Notes under the pieces: generated by a model
The model's input: the letters and a program-made list of their open reading frames with translations, nothing else
Database searches by the model: none
Told to the model about the DNA's origin: nothing
Made by a program: the position numbers and the translations under genes
DNA from: Elsinoe ampelina
Lineage: Eukaryota
Assembly: GCA_010093995.1 (NCBI GenBank)
Contig: ML992515.1
Coordinates: 549,533-609,863 of the forward strand
Reading direction: 5' to 3'
Length of the DNA stretch: 60,331 nucleotides
Part shown: positions 24,161 to 36,751 of the stretch, piece after piece
How positions within the stretch are numbered: position 1 is the stretch's first letter
How the letters are laid out: the number at the start of each line of letters is the position of its first letter

Positions 24161-25362
24161 ATGTACGTGCATCTTCTGAGCCATGCGCATCCCGGAACTT
24201 TGACGTGGCGCCTGTACTATACGCTATAATCATTGGACTGATCATACCAGGCCTATGACTGCCGAGGAGCTCAAAGCTCATCCCGAATACCCGCACATCA
24301 CATGGGACCTCAAGCCATCCCGCAGTGGAGTCTCCTCCGTCGCCGAAGGACGAGGCGGACCTCTCGACATATCATGGGAAATCCACGGCCAAGGACCACG
24401 ACATCTAGTGGCACGTCTCCCAACCCCTCATCTCCCCCCGTCCTTCTCTTCCTTCCCCCCATCCCCTCTTCCCCTCCTCCGCCACCCCTAACTCCCCCCA
24501 GTGGATCATGGGCCTCGCCTCCCTCAAAGAAGCCTGGCAGCGCCAAACCCGCGACTTCGCCCACCTCGAATCTCAAACCTACTCTTCCCTCCTCATCGAC
24601 AACCGCGGCATGGGCCACTCCTCCAAACCCCTCATGCGCTACTCCACCTCGCAAATGGCCCTCGACATCTACGAAGTGCTCCACCACATCGGCTGGACGA
24701 CGCCACGCTCACTCCACCTGGTCGGCATATCCATGGGGGGCATGATCGCGCAAGAACTCGCGTTGCTCGCGCCGGATCTGGTGTGCAGCCTGTCGTTGGT
24801 GAGCACGGCGCCGCGGATCGTGAACAAGGTTGGTTGGTTGGAGAATTTGCGGAACAGGGTGAATTTGTTTGTGCCCAAGAGTATTGATGCGCAGATTGCG
24901 CAGACGAAAGCCAATATGTACACTACCGAGTGGTTGGAGAGGGAGGATGAGACCGAGGCCGAGGTGCAGCGGTTTCCGACGAATGGGGATCGGTTTGCGG
25001 CCGGGGAGGTGAGGAAGAGGAGTGATACGGAGAAGTTCACGAGGACGGGGTTTATTTGTCAGGCGGTGGCCGCGGGGTGGCATTATAAGAGTGCGGAGCA
25101 GTTGGGGGAGTTGGCGGAGAGGGTGGGGAGGGAGAGGATCGCGGTGGTGCATGGGACGGAGGATAGGATGTTGGGGGTTTGGCATGGGGAGATGTTGTTG
25201 GAGGAGTTGGGAGGGGAAGGGAGTGGGGTGAGTAAGTTTTGGTTTGAGGGGATGGGGCATGTGATTCCTATTGAGAAGAGGAAGGAGTTTAAGAGGATTG
25301 TTGAGAGGATGTGTGAGAAGGGGGAGGAGGCGAATGGGAGGTTGGGGGCGAAATTGGGGTAG
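24161..25362 (+). CDS. Alpha/beta-hydrolase; 2 introns (first splits the start codon)
   Basis: AT|intron 24163-24250|G CCT ATG..., WEIHGQGPRHLV|intron|WIMGL, IDNRGMGHS, nucleophile elbow GISMGG, VHGTEDR, GMGH. Confidence 0.85.
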
Positions 25363-25473
25363 GAGGGAGGTGTATAGTACAATTTGTAATATGCTGCTGA
25401 TGCTATATGCCCGGGAAACGCCTCGCTAAGCCCAGATGTAGAGGTGAGATGTACATGGTGTCCTGACAGTGCT

Positions 25474-25917
25474 TCAAGGGTTCTTCTCGAGGTATTCCTT
25501 CGCTTCGTTGATCTTGGTCGCCAGGTACGGGCTTCCACCTCGGTCGGGATGGTTGAGGAGCATCATTTGTCGGTGCTTCTTTCGGATGGCTTCTTTCGTG
25601 AGACTTCGTTCGCTGTGGACATGTCAGATTATGGAGTCTGCTCTTGCCCTGGCTCGCAACATACGACATCTCTAGGATCAAGGCCGCCTCTCGCCGTGAC
25701 ATCTTCGGCTCGAATCCGCCCTTGTAGAAAGCTCTTCCTAATGCTCCTGCTGCTCCCGCTCTGTACCTTCGCCATGCTACGAGACCTGCTCGACCCTGTA
25801 ATTGCCCTGTTAGTAAATGAGGTCGTCCATGTGCTGATGACCAGCTCGCGGGGCTGGACGTACGAAGAAGGCTGCAGCTGCAGCGCCGACACCAGCTGCT
25901 ATTATTGATATGGCCAT
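25474..25917 (-). CDS. PAM18: Mitochondrial import motor J-protein Pam18/Tim14; 2 introns
   Basis: Spliced [17 protein letters not shown]...[20 protein letters not shown]...[34 protein letters not shown] at 25476-25474. Confidence 0.92.
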
Positions 25918-26128
25918 TATGTAGTCGGAAGGGAGTCGTAAAGATGTGGCGTCTGTTGCTCGTGTAGATCGATGCCTGCAGGTCCAGATGATGTCCATCT
26001 CAAGAAAAAGATGCGCGGCATCTTCGGGCCGTCAAGCCGCAGAAATTTTGTCCGCAATGATCGACCTCCACCACTCGACAACTTCGCCTCAATCTGCATA
26101 CAAGTCGCTACCGCGGAGATTTGCAGCC

Positions 26129-26856
26129 ATGAGGTACTTCTAATCGACATGTATCTACTGCACAGGCACTAATATGATCTAGGATTGAGACCTGCTACTT
26201 CTGCTCGGCGCCTTGCTACCCCTCTAAGGGCATCACATTTGTCCGTAACGATGCACGAGTTTTTCGATTCTGCAAGTCGAAATGTCACAAAAACGTATGA
26301 ATCATTCCAGTACGGAAGACGGTGTCAGTCCGCTAACAAGCAACAGTTTAAAATGAAGCGTAATCCCAGGAAGCTAGCATGGACCAAGGCCTTCCGACGT
26401 GCCCATGGCAAGGAGATGACCGTCGACTCGACCCTTACATTCGCCGCCCGCCGCAACGTACCTGTCCGATACAACCGTGATTTGGTCGCCACGACGCTCA
26501 AGGCTATGCAACGTGTGTCGGAAATCAGAGCGAAGAGAGAACGGGCATTCTACAGGAACAGGATGAAGGGCAACAGAGAGAGGCAGCTGGAGGCGGATCG
26601 CAAGCTTGTCGCCGAGAACCAGCACTTGCTTCCACCTAGCGAGAGGGATGCCGCGCAGAAGATGCTTGCCGAGGAACAGAAACTGGACGAGCTGTCAGAC
26701 CTGGAAGAGACCGAGGAGATGGACCTGGAGCAGGAGGAAGAGAAACTGGAGAGAGAAGAGCTGGAAGAGAGAAAGTTGAGAAGCCAAATGAAGGCGAAGA
26801 GAAAGGTGAGATTGATCAGGGGCAAGGGCGCAGAGAAGATGGATGTGGACGGTTGA
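26129..26856 (+). CDS. RLP24: Ribosome biogenesis protein Rlp24; 2 introns
   Basis: Spliced [68 protein letters not shown]. Lies head-to-head with PAM18 across 211 bp. Confidence 0.95.
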
Positions 26857-27523
26857 GGTGTACACATGTGAGGGCTCTTCACTTCACTTCACACGACTTT
26901 ACGAGGCGAGGCGTTTGGCGAAAAGTCTTCATGGGCCATGGCTTCCACGTGGCATCCAGTCACCACGTGTCCGCACACGGGAGAGACTGTACGGATATGG
27001 TCACATCGCCTGGATGGGCTCTACACTGCTTGCCTGAAGAAGCACGCCCACAAGCAGTCGGTGGGAAGATGCACGCTACGAGTCGTTTCCAAAGGCATGA
27101 GCGGTCCGGACGTAGCATGTATGGAGGACATTTCGGGCATCATGGGAATATATTGAGGCATTCACAGTGTTTCTCAAAACCCATCGGCGATGTCAAGTGA
27201 ACCCATGTGGAAAGTGACTTCAGTCCCTGTCGTGATCTTCGCCTGTCCAGAAATTTTCGGTCGATCCGCGTTCGGCCCCGCATTCCACCAGTCCTAAAGC
27301 GGACTAGATAGAAGCTTGAATGACAACTTTGTTCGGTTTGTTGGACGCGAGCGAGACGTGCAGCAGTGAACTCCTCTTTGCTGCGTTGGCGTCATTTCTC
27401 TCTCTTATCCTTCTTCCGTCGCAATCAGCCCCCGGACCGTCCTTACAAGGTGTCAGCAGTCATCAGCCGCAAAATGGAGCTTCGATATCACCGCTGAACC
27501 TCACCTTATCCAACACCGCGACC

Positions 27524-30001
27524 ATGAGCAGTTTGTCAGATCTATTGAACCCTTCGGCGGAAGAGGACGCCCAACCTGGGCGCAAAGACTCCATACCGCC
27601 TCTCCATATCCCTAGCAATCCGTACAATCTATCGGGTGCATCTAAAGGGCAAGGACAATACGCAGGTCATCTACCTCACGGAAGCGACGCGGTGCATACA
27701 TTGGCTGCCCTCTCCTCAACCCTAGGCGCTCCCGGCTCGTCACAACAGCAAAGAACAAGTACATCGCCTCCAGGCCAGCACCAGCGGCGGTCATCAGTCG
27801 ACCGCAGGATGAGCGCATATGAGGAAGGTGTCAACAGCGCAGGACTTCCGCGAGCCGGTGAGCTCCTGCGCAAATCTTCTTCAGGATCTCAGCAATTCGA
27901 GACGCGGTCTCCAGAGGCAATGATGCGCAAGATGTCGTCGCCCACGCTGCATCACTATCACATGTCGAGCCGGTCTCCAGAACAGACACGTCGCGCGTCA
28001 GTAATCGATAATCCTGATCCGACCTTCAAATTACCCCCACTTCAGCACAATCTGTCGCCAACCATCTCTCAGCAACAACCTTCTCGACCACCGCTCTATC
28101 AAGAGAGCGTCAGCTCTTCGCAAATGCCAGAATCATTCTCAAAGACTCCCTCGAATGTAGCCGACAGCTCTGCTTCTCACGCCGATGTGATCCCGCAGGT
28201 ACACTCACCAGTCGCTCAAGGGCACGCCGCGAAAATGCCCTCAGCAGACAACACTACCCCAGGCGATCCTTCTCCGACTGCAACGAATCAGACAGCACGG
28301 AGCAAGCAGCCGACACCATCCCTCGAAGAGCGACGAACATCGACCACACCGATCAAGTCCGAAGCCCCATCCTCAATCCGAGACTCGATCCCAGCCTTCG
28401 TACCTGTCTCTCAAATAAAGAAAGAGTCGAGTATGACATCCACACCTTTGCGCGAAGAATCCATCCCAATGCCGAGCACAGAAGATAGTGCAAGTGGTGA
28501 AGCTAGAGGTGTGAAGCGACCTGCGCCCAAGACCAAGAAGGGCGTCGCGAAGAAGGGTCCTCCAGCTAAGAAGCAGAAGATCGGTACGAATGGCGACACC
28601 AAGACAAAATCAAAGCCAAAATCGGCTGTTAAGAGATCGGGCAATGGTACACCCTTGGACTCCTCTCCTGCACCAAGGTCAGCCCGAGCCGCCTCTTCCA
28701 TTGGTAGATCATCAGGCTCACCAGAGTTCAGAGAGTCAGATGGCGAAGAGGAAGAGGCTGGAAGTCCCGATGATGGAGAATATTGCATCTGTCGTAAAGG
28801 CGACAACGGCACTTTCATGATCGGGTGTGATGGCAAATGCGATGACTGGTTCCATGGAAAATGTGTGGGTATTCTGGAGAAGGACAAGAACCTCATCGAC
28901 AGGTACATCTGCCCCAACTGCACCGACGCTGGAGTTGGTGTCACGACATGGAAGCGCATGTGTCGCCGAGTTGGATGTCGTATGCCTGCTCGTCTGGCCA
29001 AGAAGGATGAAGAGCCGAGCAAGTACTGCAGCGAAGAATGTGGCATCACTTTCTTTCGCGACATGATGGGTCGAACAAGAGGCGCCAGCGACGTTCTCGG
29101 TGGCAAGAAGTCTCGCAGACAAAGCGCAGCTGGACCACAAGAAGATATTGGCCCTCGCGGCGGTGCCATCAGTCAAGCTGAGCTGAAGTCGATGCTGAAT
29201 GCCGTGGCCACCGTCGATGAGTTCAAGAGGCTAGGCGAAGGCGTTCTCAGCCCTCCGGCGACTCCGTCCCCGAAACTCACCAAAGCCAGTCCGACAAGCT
29301 CGCTAGATGATACAGAGACCAAGCGCATACTCGAGATTAGCAAGACCAAGGACGAGTTGCGCGCCCGTCATGCTCTGCTGAAAGATCAAGCTAGGTTCGT
29401 GGGCATGTTGCGACAACGTTCTGCACGCATCGCGGAAGACAAGGGCATGAAGCCAAAGGATCTTTGCGGCTACGACGATAGAGTGCGCATGGACGAAGCC
29501 ACCTTCGCCAAATGGAGAGACAGCGAGGAAGGCAAGGCGGCGCTCAAAGCTGGCGATCTTGCAGTCATAGCTGTAAAAGGCGAAGATGGTGACGGGGTCA
29601 AAAGTGGCAGGAGAGATAGTGTAGGCTCGGATATTTGTACTAGGAAGAAGTGTCCGAAGCACTACGAGTGGGCGAAGCTCAGCCTGGAGACAAATCGCAG
29701 CGAGATGGGCGAGAACAGCGAGAGGATGAGGGGACTGGAGAGGGAGGAGAAAGAGATCAAGGAGAGGGCTGGGTTGAGGGCCAGGCAGATCAAAGCTGGT
29801 GACTTTGGCGGCAAGGTCGAGATCCATGGAGCTGATGTGTCCAAGAAGGAAAGGGGTGATGAAGCGAAGGGCTTGGGCATTGGAGTCGATGGAGATGGAG
29901 CTGGTCTTGACACCAGTACCAGCGTGAACGAGGTAGCACCTACGACCGCACCTGAGACAGCTGCTGTGGCTACAACGGAGGCTATGGATACTTCAGCATG
30001 A
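27524..30001 (+). CDS. SPP1: COMPASS/Set1C PHD-finger subunit Spp1-like
   Basis: [32 protein letters not shown]...YICPNC, then [15 protein letters not shown]...[13 protein letters not shown] and C.RKKC.KH..W. Start placed at accATG 27524; the ORF is open from 27320. Confidence 0.85.
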   Translation: MSSLSDLLNPSAEEDAQPGRKDSIPPLHIPSNPYNLSGASKGQGQYAGHLPHGSDAVHTLAALSSTLGAPGSSQQQRTSTSPPGQHQRRSSVDRRMSAYEEGVNSAGLPRAGELLRKSSSGSQQFETRSPEAMMRKMSSPTLHHYHMSSRSPEQTRRASVIDNPDPTFKLPPLQHNLSPTISQQQPSRPPLYQESVSSSQMPESFSKTPSNVADSSASHADVIPQVHSPVAQGHAAKMPSADNTTPGDPSPTATNQTARSKQPTPSLEERRTSTTPIKSEAPSSIRDSIPAFVPVSQIKKESSMTSTPLREESIPMPSTEDSASGEARGVKRPAPKTKKGVAKKGPPAKKQKIGTNGDTKTKSKPKSAVKRSGNGTPLDSSPAPRSARAASSIGRSSGSPEFRESDGEEEEAGSPDDGEYCICRKGDNGTFMIGCDGKCDDWFHGKCVGILEKDKNLIDRYICPNCTDAGVGVTTWKRMCRRVGCRMPARLAKKDEEPSKYCSEECGITFFRDMMGRTRGASDVLGGKKSRRQSAAGPQEDIGPRGGAISQAELKSMLNAVATVDEFKRLGEGVLSPPATPSPKLTKASPTSSLDDTETKRILEISKTKDELRARHALLKDQARFVGMLRQRSARIAEDKGMKPKDLCGYDDRVRMDEATFAKWRDSEEGKAALKAGDLAVIAVKGEDGDGVKSGRRDSVGSDICTRKKCPKHYEWAKLSLETNRSEMGENSERMRGLEREEKEIKERAGLRARQIKAGDFGGKVEIHGADVSKKERGDEAKGLGIGVDGDGAGLDTSTSVNEVAPTTAPETAAVATTEAMDTSA

Positions 30002-30347
30002 GTGGCGTTTACGAGGAGCAAGGGCACGATACCAAAAGATTCATTCAAGGAGGAATGATGCTGTATATTTGGCGATGAGCAGCTTCCTTTTCGCTAGATG
30101 CGGTGGGAACCTGCATCTCTAGTACATGGCATGATCAGTATAGCATGTTTTGTATCGAACATCAAGATAATTCCAGCAATGGACACTGGAAATATCATCT
30201 TAAGACTGCCTCCTCCTACCATTTCCCTCTTTCAGGCATGAATGAGTCAATATCAGCTCGACCTCCATCTCTCCTCTTTGCTGACATTGCCACATCTCCC
30301 TTCGTTGATCGGACACCTGTATCGACAATTCCTACCACCAAATTTGT

Positions 30348-31717
30348 ATGGCAAACACCATTACTAAATCGCCTACCTTACGCAAGACCCGCATCGTCTG
30401 TATTTCCGACACTCACGGCGCCTCACCCAAAGACGGCGCGTTCAAGCTCCCCAAAGGCGACGTCCTCATCCACGCCGGGGATCTCACCAACCAAGGCGGC
30501 CATGCGGAGATGAAGAAGACCATCGACTGGATCGCCTCCTCCGACTACGAAGTCAAGATTGTCGTAGCCGGTGCGTTCCCTTCCTCCTTCCCTTTGCCCT
30601 TCCCTCTTCCTCTCGCCGTCCCTCCCCCACCTACTACCACCCCGAGATCCCAACTTCACGACTGATGATCAAAGGCAACCACGACCTCACCCTCTCTCCC
30701 TCCTCACCAACCTCCACCCTCCCCCTCCTCCCCCCCTCCATCCACCACCTCACCCACCAACCCTCCCTCGTCCGCCTCTCCTCCCCCACCGGCTCACACA
30801 CCTCCTTCCGCCTCTTCGCCTCCCCTCACTCCCCTCTCCTCTCCTCGAGCCACGGGGCATTCACCTACACCCCTCGACAAGCCGACGAGATCTGGTCCAC
30901 CATCCCGCTGGACACGGACGTGGTGGTGACGCACACCCCGATGAAAGGGCACTTGGATCTCCACCCCAAAAGGGGAAGGGTGGGGTGTGAAGCGCTGCGG
31001 AGGAGGATGGGGGAGGTGAGGCCTGCGTTGGTGGTGGGGGGGCACGTGCATGAGGGGAGAGGGGGGGAGGTGATCCGGTGGAAGAGTGGGGCGGGGGGCC
31101 AAGGGGGGGTTGGGGGGATGGAGGAGGGGACGAGGTGTTGGGAGGATCCGGCGGCGGGGAGGGGAGGGAGGGGGGAGAGTAGGCTTGATTTGACGGGGAG
31201 GTGGGGGAGGGGGAGAGGGGGGTTGTGGGATGGGGATGGTGGTGTGGGGAGGGGATGGGCGTTGCAGAATGATTTTTCGAGTGTGAAGGGGGTGGTGCCG
31301 GTGAGGACTAATACGGGCAGAAGGGGGAGGGGGAGGTCAGGAGCGAGAGAGAAGGGGTGGGTGGCGGAGGTGAATCGGGCTGGACAGAGGAGCGGGGAGG
31401 TGGAAAATCATGTGTCGTTTTCTGTGGAGGGGGGGGGAGAGGAGACGAGGCGGAGTAGATTGCATCATGAGACGATGGAGGCGTGGACGGGGAGGGAGGG
31501 GAGGAGGGAGACGTGTGTGGTCAATGCGGCTATCATGGCGAGGAGTCATGGGATGGGGGCAAAGAGGTACAATCAGCCGATTGTGGTAGAGATTGATTTG
31601 CCTGTGTGGGGGGAGGGAGAGGAGGACGATGGGTCGGAGGAAGAGGAGGTTCAGCAGGACGAGGGAGATGGGGGAGGGGCTGGAGGGAAGGACATCATGA
31701 ACGTGGATGTGGGATAG
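30348..31717 (+). CDS. Calcineurin-like metallophosphoesterase (MPPED-like); 1 intron
   Basis: TRIVCISDTH, DVLIHAGDLT, VVAG|intron 30570-30674|NHD, VVTHTP, GCEALR, GHVHE, ETCVVNAAIM. Confidence 0.85.
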
Positions 31718-34700
31718 CATTCGCCTCATCCTAGCGCTTCTGTGCCGTCGTTCAAGCAGAGGTTTGGCGCTTCTCGACTGTTCAGTCACCTTTCGAGGCC
31801 GTCGTCGGAAGCGGAGTCGTTGCTGCTGGCTACAGTGCCGATCAAGAAGCAACAGCCTGGCGGATTGCCTGCTCGATCTGCTCGGTTGGTAGAGAAGGAG
31901 AGGAAGAGCAAAAGGGACACGTTTGGTGTTGCGCGCCGACATCGGGTGCTGGAGGAGTATGTGCGCGAGACGGACAATACGGGGTCAGAGAGTGTGGTGA
32001 GTACTTGGATTGCGCCTAGGACGAAGAAGGTGAAGTAGCAAGGAAGAGGTTAGACCTATGAAGATGGATACCTATGCTCAATCGTTCTTTACTCTCAGAA
32101 CTTGACAATTGGGATGTGGTCGCCACGGCGATACCTACTAAGCGTGCCTTCGATGTTCTGAGGGACAAATGGTGCCTGAGTGTACTTGACTGTCGTTGTC
32201 ACTCGAAGCTGTATCGTCACGATTGCGTGTTTGTCTAGTTCTACCGCAGACAACAAGTCGCACCGAGGTCATGGCCGGGGCCTGAGGTGCTCGGTAGCCA
32301 AGCGACAACATCGTCGTTTTGCCGTAAATGCATATGAAATTGAGCAAATATCACCTGTCAAGCGAGAGCAATTACCGATCAGATTGCTCAACGGCGATTG
32401 ATCCGGCCGTGAGAATTCATGTAGCATGATTGCAGAGGCGCAGTCGACAATTCATACTAATGCTGCAGGACGAGGCACCAGTATTGCTATTGGAGGCGGA
32501 GGTGAAATAGATGCCTGACAGGAAGAGATGGCGGAAGTGCCAGCGCATGAGTTGATGCGAGAAGGAGATCATAGCCCACGCTCTATTGTTCGTCTTTTGA
32601 CCCGTCGCTTATCGTTCTCGTCTTGATCACTCTGATGATCTTTCCGGAGCCCGTCCCCCTGTCAACATCGAGATGACTGTTTTGGGAGAGGCCGAGAAAC
32701 ATTGACTCGATGTGCCTGGCAATCAATTTCAAGCTCGGGCCGTCGTTGCTGCAGGCACACATGCAGCAAGCTCAGCTACCTTCCGGATCAATAAAGCGAG
32801 AGGCTGTGAGGTGCTCAGATGTTCTGTGGCAGATTCGTGTGGACGAGAGTCGCCGGCGATACGCCGCACCATCGAGGGTGGGAGGGAGGTTGAGTGGTTG
32901 TGAAGAGGGCGGCACGCGGGCGAATCATGGGAAGGGCCGGTCTTGTCATGGCTGCGTCGAATCACAAGACTCCACGATGGAGTCCTCCTTATGATCCACA
33001 ATCGTGCAGCGGGGACTTTATGCATACGGTTAGGAACAGGCGAAGGATGCGTGCATATCTTCTGGCGACTTGGGTCCGACTGGGATCGACAGGTGTGATT
33101 GGCGGTGCTGCGTTGGCACGAGGCATCTTCCTCTCTGTCTGTCGTGGGGCAACGGCCCGCGTGTGGTGCAGGAACCGTGGTTGGAGGCAAGAGACGGCCT
33201 CGACAGGCGGTCTGTGTCGTCTTAAAAACTCTCGTGATCGATCTAGAGCTGGACGTGCTCAAATCCAGATCATTGTCGCTCAGTCAGGTCAACCATGTCG
33301 ATGCATGATGGTGTTGCCTGGCGTGTGACAGAACCATCACATCGGGAATACCGCGTACACTCTCCATGTATGCTACATCGATACTCTCATCTGATTAACG
33401 AATAGTCAGACGCCAGAAGACGAGTCGGAAGCTTCTTGGAGGATCGTCCGGAGGGGAGCTGCCTTTAGTGGAGACCTTGTGTGGATGCATCCGCAAGGTC
33501 CCCACGACTTCATGACCAATAGGACAAACTCGTCCCTCCCCCAACACGTCCAGCCTGTGACCGAACAAGACCAAACAAGCATGATTGCCTCATCGCACGT
33601 GAAGTAGACCAGAAGAGACACCTTGTGCCACGCCAGACTAGCGACGATACAGCGGCTGCCACAGCAATCCGATTGCTTCTTGTCCCGGAAGGCTCTAGCT
33701 ACAGCAGAAGACTCCTTGGATTAGGGCCAATGCTTTGATCTCTGATGGGTAAATCGACCCTCAAGTCTGCGCCTCGTTCATAGCTGCAGCCCGCCCCTCC
33801 CCCTCGCAGCACGGTTCATGTCCTTTGTCAGTCGACAAATGATGCCGCAGGGGAGAGTGGGAGGTGATGATATGTTGATGCACCACCGCAGATAACCTAA
33901 TACTACCACAGGGAGCTCTTCTTGTGTGACCACTCCTCGTACCTTTCATTCGTGCTGCAGCTGTACAATCTCACTCAAGACACTCGTAAACGATACTGCA
34001 GACTCTGTTTTTCCCTTCTCAACAACAATCAGGCCCTGATCTGGGGACTCGTTGGTCTTCATCTGTCTTTCTGGAACACGCCCCGGCCGGTAACTAGCCA
34101 GAAAAGTCTCCCAGAAAGTCTACACAAAGCCTCCTTGACCGTCTTCTCATCATCCGACTCTTCCCACGTCATTCACCGCTCTCTGTCCTCGAGACCTGGA
34201 CACACTGCACCTCACCGGCCCTCATATCACCTTCAGCTTCACCTTGTATCAATTCTCTGTCCTTTTCTGCTCCAATCCAGGGCGGCTGTCATCCGTCAGC
34301 GCTGACTGAAAAGGAACCAAAGCAACTTGCCCGAGATCCGAGCCCGGCTTGACCAACAAGTTTTGCCGACTCCCGTCGCCTGCGCCTGCGCCATCCAAAG
34401 GGATCCTTCTCCATCGCCTTCTCCGGGGGCAAGCGTTGCACCACATTTTCATCCCCTTTTGACACACGCCACTCATCGACTTTCATCTCTACAGATCCGA
34501 CAACTTCAACTACAGTCTTTCACTAATCGGCTATACGCCTCCGATTTTTCCTCTACTGGCCTCGTCGCGTGTAGTGCCAGCCACTCCGTCATTGAGCAGG
34601 AAAACGTGCCAGGTCTTGGCAGCCAACTTCCCGCATCTCCAATCTCAATCGTCCATTACCAGCACGATCGGTGCCTGGACGCTCATCGCTGCCTCTTCAC

Positions 34701-34927
34701 AACTATCATTACAATATACGGCATCACAAATTTTAATCAGTAAATTCCACGACTTCTATTCTTGATAGACGACATACTCTCCTTGCTGCTCACCGCTCAT
34801 TTGCGTCACTACCAACCACCTTTCCTTCAACTTGTTTTTGCGACACATTCAAATGCACACCTCGTTATAGCAACACAGAGTCCTTCGTCTGTCGCCACGG
34901 TAATACAACCACTGTGGCACGTATATC

Positions 34928-36751
34928 ATGTCGGACGACCCCAAACCTGATCCCTATCTCGCCCTGGGCCTCACAAAGGATGCGACCTCACAGCAAATAA
35001 AAGCGACATACCGCAAACTTGCCCTCAAATTTCACCCCGACAAGGTCACTGATGAAGCTCTGAAACCAGCTGCTGCCGACAATTTCCACAAGATCCAGAC
35101 CGCCTATGAGACGCTCGGTGATGAGAGTAAGAGGGCCAAGCACGATGCCAATGTTCGACTCGAAGAGCTCCAAAAGGCATTCCAGAAGGAGAAAGAGCAG
35201 AGCAGCAGGTACCGTTCAGCACCGCCTCAGCAGACCCAACCCGTGAGGACGGACATCCGCACATCGGCATATGAAGTGCCCCTTCAAGCTACACGTGGTT
35301 CCACCTACCCTCAACCTCGTGCCTCAGAACGCTACGAAACCTTCCGTCCACGTGGCTACGACTCGGAATACTATGACGAAACTCCAGCGAGCAGGCCGAC
35401 AAGCCGCAAGCACTCGTACTTTGAAGTCCCTGAGCCAAAGAAGCATTCAAAGTCGGATGGAGAAAAGAAGAAGCACTCCTCTCGGGAAGCCGAGAAGGAA
35501 CGTCCGAGCAGGCATGACAAGAGCAAGAAGTCCGAGAAGGAGAAGGATAGAAAGAAGGATCGCGAGTCCAAAAAGACATACATTGTGCCTGATGAAACCG
35601 ACAGCGAACCCGAGATGAAGCCGAGACGCTATGATTCAGCCAGGGAGACGTCCAAGGAGTACCACAGGAAGAAGGAATCTAGCGAATCAGACGAGTCTGC
35701 TGATGATCATGCTCGGGACATGGAACGTAAGAGGTCTTATGCCACCAATTACATCAAACGACCAGACCACAAGCTTGATGATAAGAGCCGGGCTGCCTCT
35801 CTCAGGACTGGTTGGGACTACCTTCGCGGCTCTGCTCCAGAGCAGCCCCGTAGATCTTCTGCCAGAAGTCCCGTTAGGGAGCACCCCATGCGGGCCGATC
35901 GACCTCGTCAATACAGTGATCCCACCGTCTTTAGGCACGACATGTTTGCCCGACCTCCTCTCGAGAAGCATAATACTGCTCCAGCTGACAAGTTCCCCGT
36001 CGACCGCGAACGGGAAAAGGATCGGGAATACGACCGAGAGCGAGATCGTCGGACAAAGCCTTCATCTTCTTCAAAACAAGCGTATCCAGACCACCCATCT
36101 CTCAAGCGAGCCGAGACAGATCCCAGTGCGCATGCACGAAGACCGGAGCTTGGTCGTGGAGAATCGAGACTTCGCTATGAAGTGAACCATGGCATGCCAA
36201 CACCTCCCATCTCCCCACCACGCGACCCTTATGCCTTTGCTCAGAGCACCCGGAAATATGTCATTGACGAGGACGATCACACTCGTGAAGTCAGTCCAGG
36301 AACCAAGCCGACTCGACGTGCCCGTTCTCCGTCTCCGCCACCCGCTCGTGAAAGGGAACGAAAGTCAAGGACCACCAGTTCTCGCAAGCCTCGAACAGAC
36401 ATGCCAGAGGCTCCCGATGCTCGACCTATTCTACCCAAGCTTCGCACCGGCCTGGATGGTTTCTACACCGATCGTGTATACGACTCGCCGAGATCGTCAA
36501 AGCCCATGGCTGCCGCTCCCGACTACTTTACCAAACAAACGAAAGAGGATCTCTTGCCATTCGAGGTAGCACCGACTTCATCTCGTCGTCGCTCCCCACG
36601 TGAAGAAACCAAGGCCAATGATGACTTTATCGTCTACGATATGTCTCCCAACAAGGAACGCAAGAGCAGTAAATCGTCACGACCAAAGAATCCACATCGA
36701 TCTCACACCCACGCCTACGGTTCTGGCCTTGGTCGAGGCATATTTGCTTAG
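34928..36751 (+). CDS. DnaJ-domain protein with long charged disordered tail
   Basis: N-terminal J-domain DPYLALGL.KDAT..QIKATYRKLALKFHPDK...FHKIQTAYETLGD; 607-aa single ORF. Confidence 0.88.
   Translation: MSDDPKPDPYLALGLTKDATSQQIKATYRKLALKFHPDKVTDEALKPAAADNFHKIQTAYETLGDESKRAKHDANVRLEELQKAFQKEKEQSSRYRSAPPQQTQPVRTDIRTSAYEVPLQATRGSTYPQPRASERYETFRPRGYDSEYYDETPASRPTSRKHSYFEVPEPKKHSKSDGEKKKHSSREAEKERPSRHDKSKKSEKEKDRKKDRESKKTYIVPDETDSEPEMKPRRYDSARETSKEYHRKKESSESDESADDHARDMERKRSYATNYIKRPDHKLDDKSRAASLRTGWDYLRGSAPEQPRRSSARSPVREHPMRADRPRQYSDPTVFRHDMFARPPLEKHNTAPADKFPVDREREKDREYDRERDRRTKPSSSSKQAYPDHPSLKRAETDPSAHARRPELGRGESRLRYEVNHGMPTPPISPPRDPYAFAQSTRKYVIDEDDHTREVSPGTKPTRRARSPSPPPARERERKSRTTSSRKPRTDMPEAPDARPILPKLRTGLDGFYTDRVYDSPRSSKPMAAAPDYFTKQTKEDLLPFEVAPTSSRRRSPREETKANDDFIVYDMSPNKERKSSKSSRPKNPHRSHTHAYGSGLGRGIFA

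Noticed and set aside
26041..26050. RRPE-like AGAAATTTTG upstream of RLP24, near the STB3 gene
   Set aside because: Partial match only; a similar word occurs at ~27249, and proximity to STB3 has no mechanistic meaning.
32039..34927. Many short ORFs in the 2.9-kb gap before the DnaJ gene (similarly 20462-21915 and 39921-40505)
   Set aside because: No motifs, codon bias or consistent splice structure; best read as promoter/UTR. No RNA gene could be recognised by eye.
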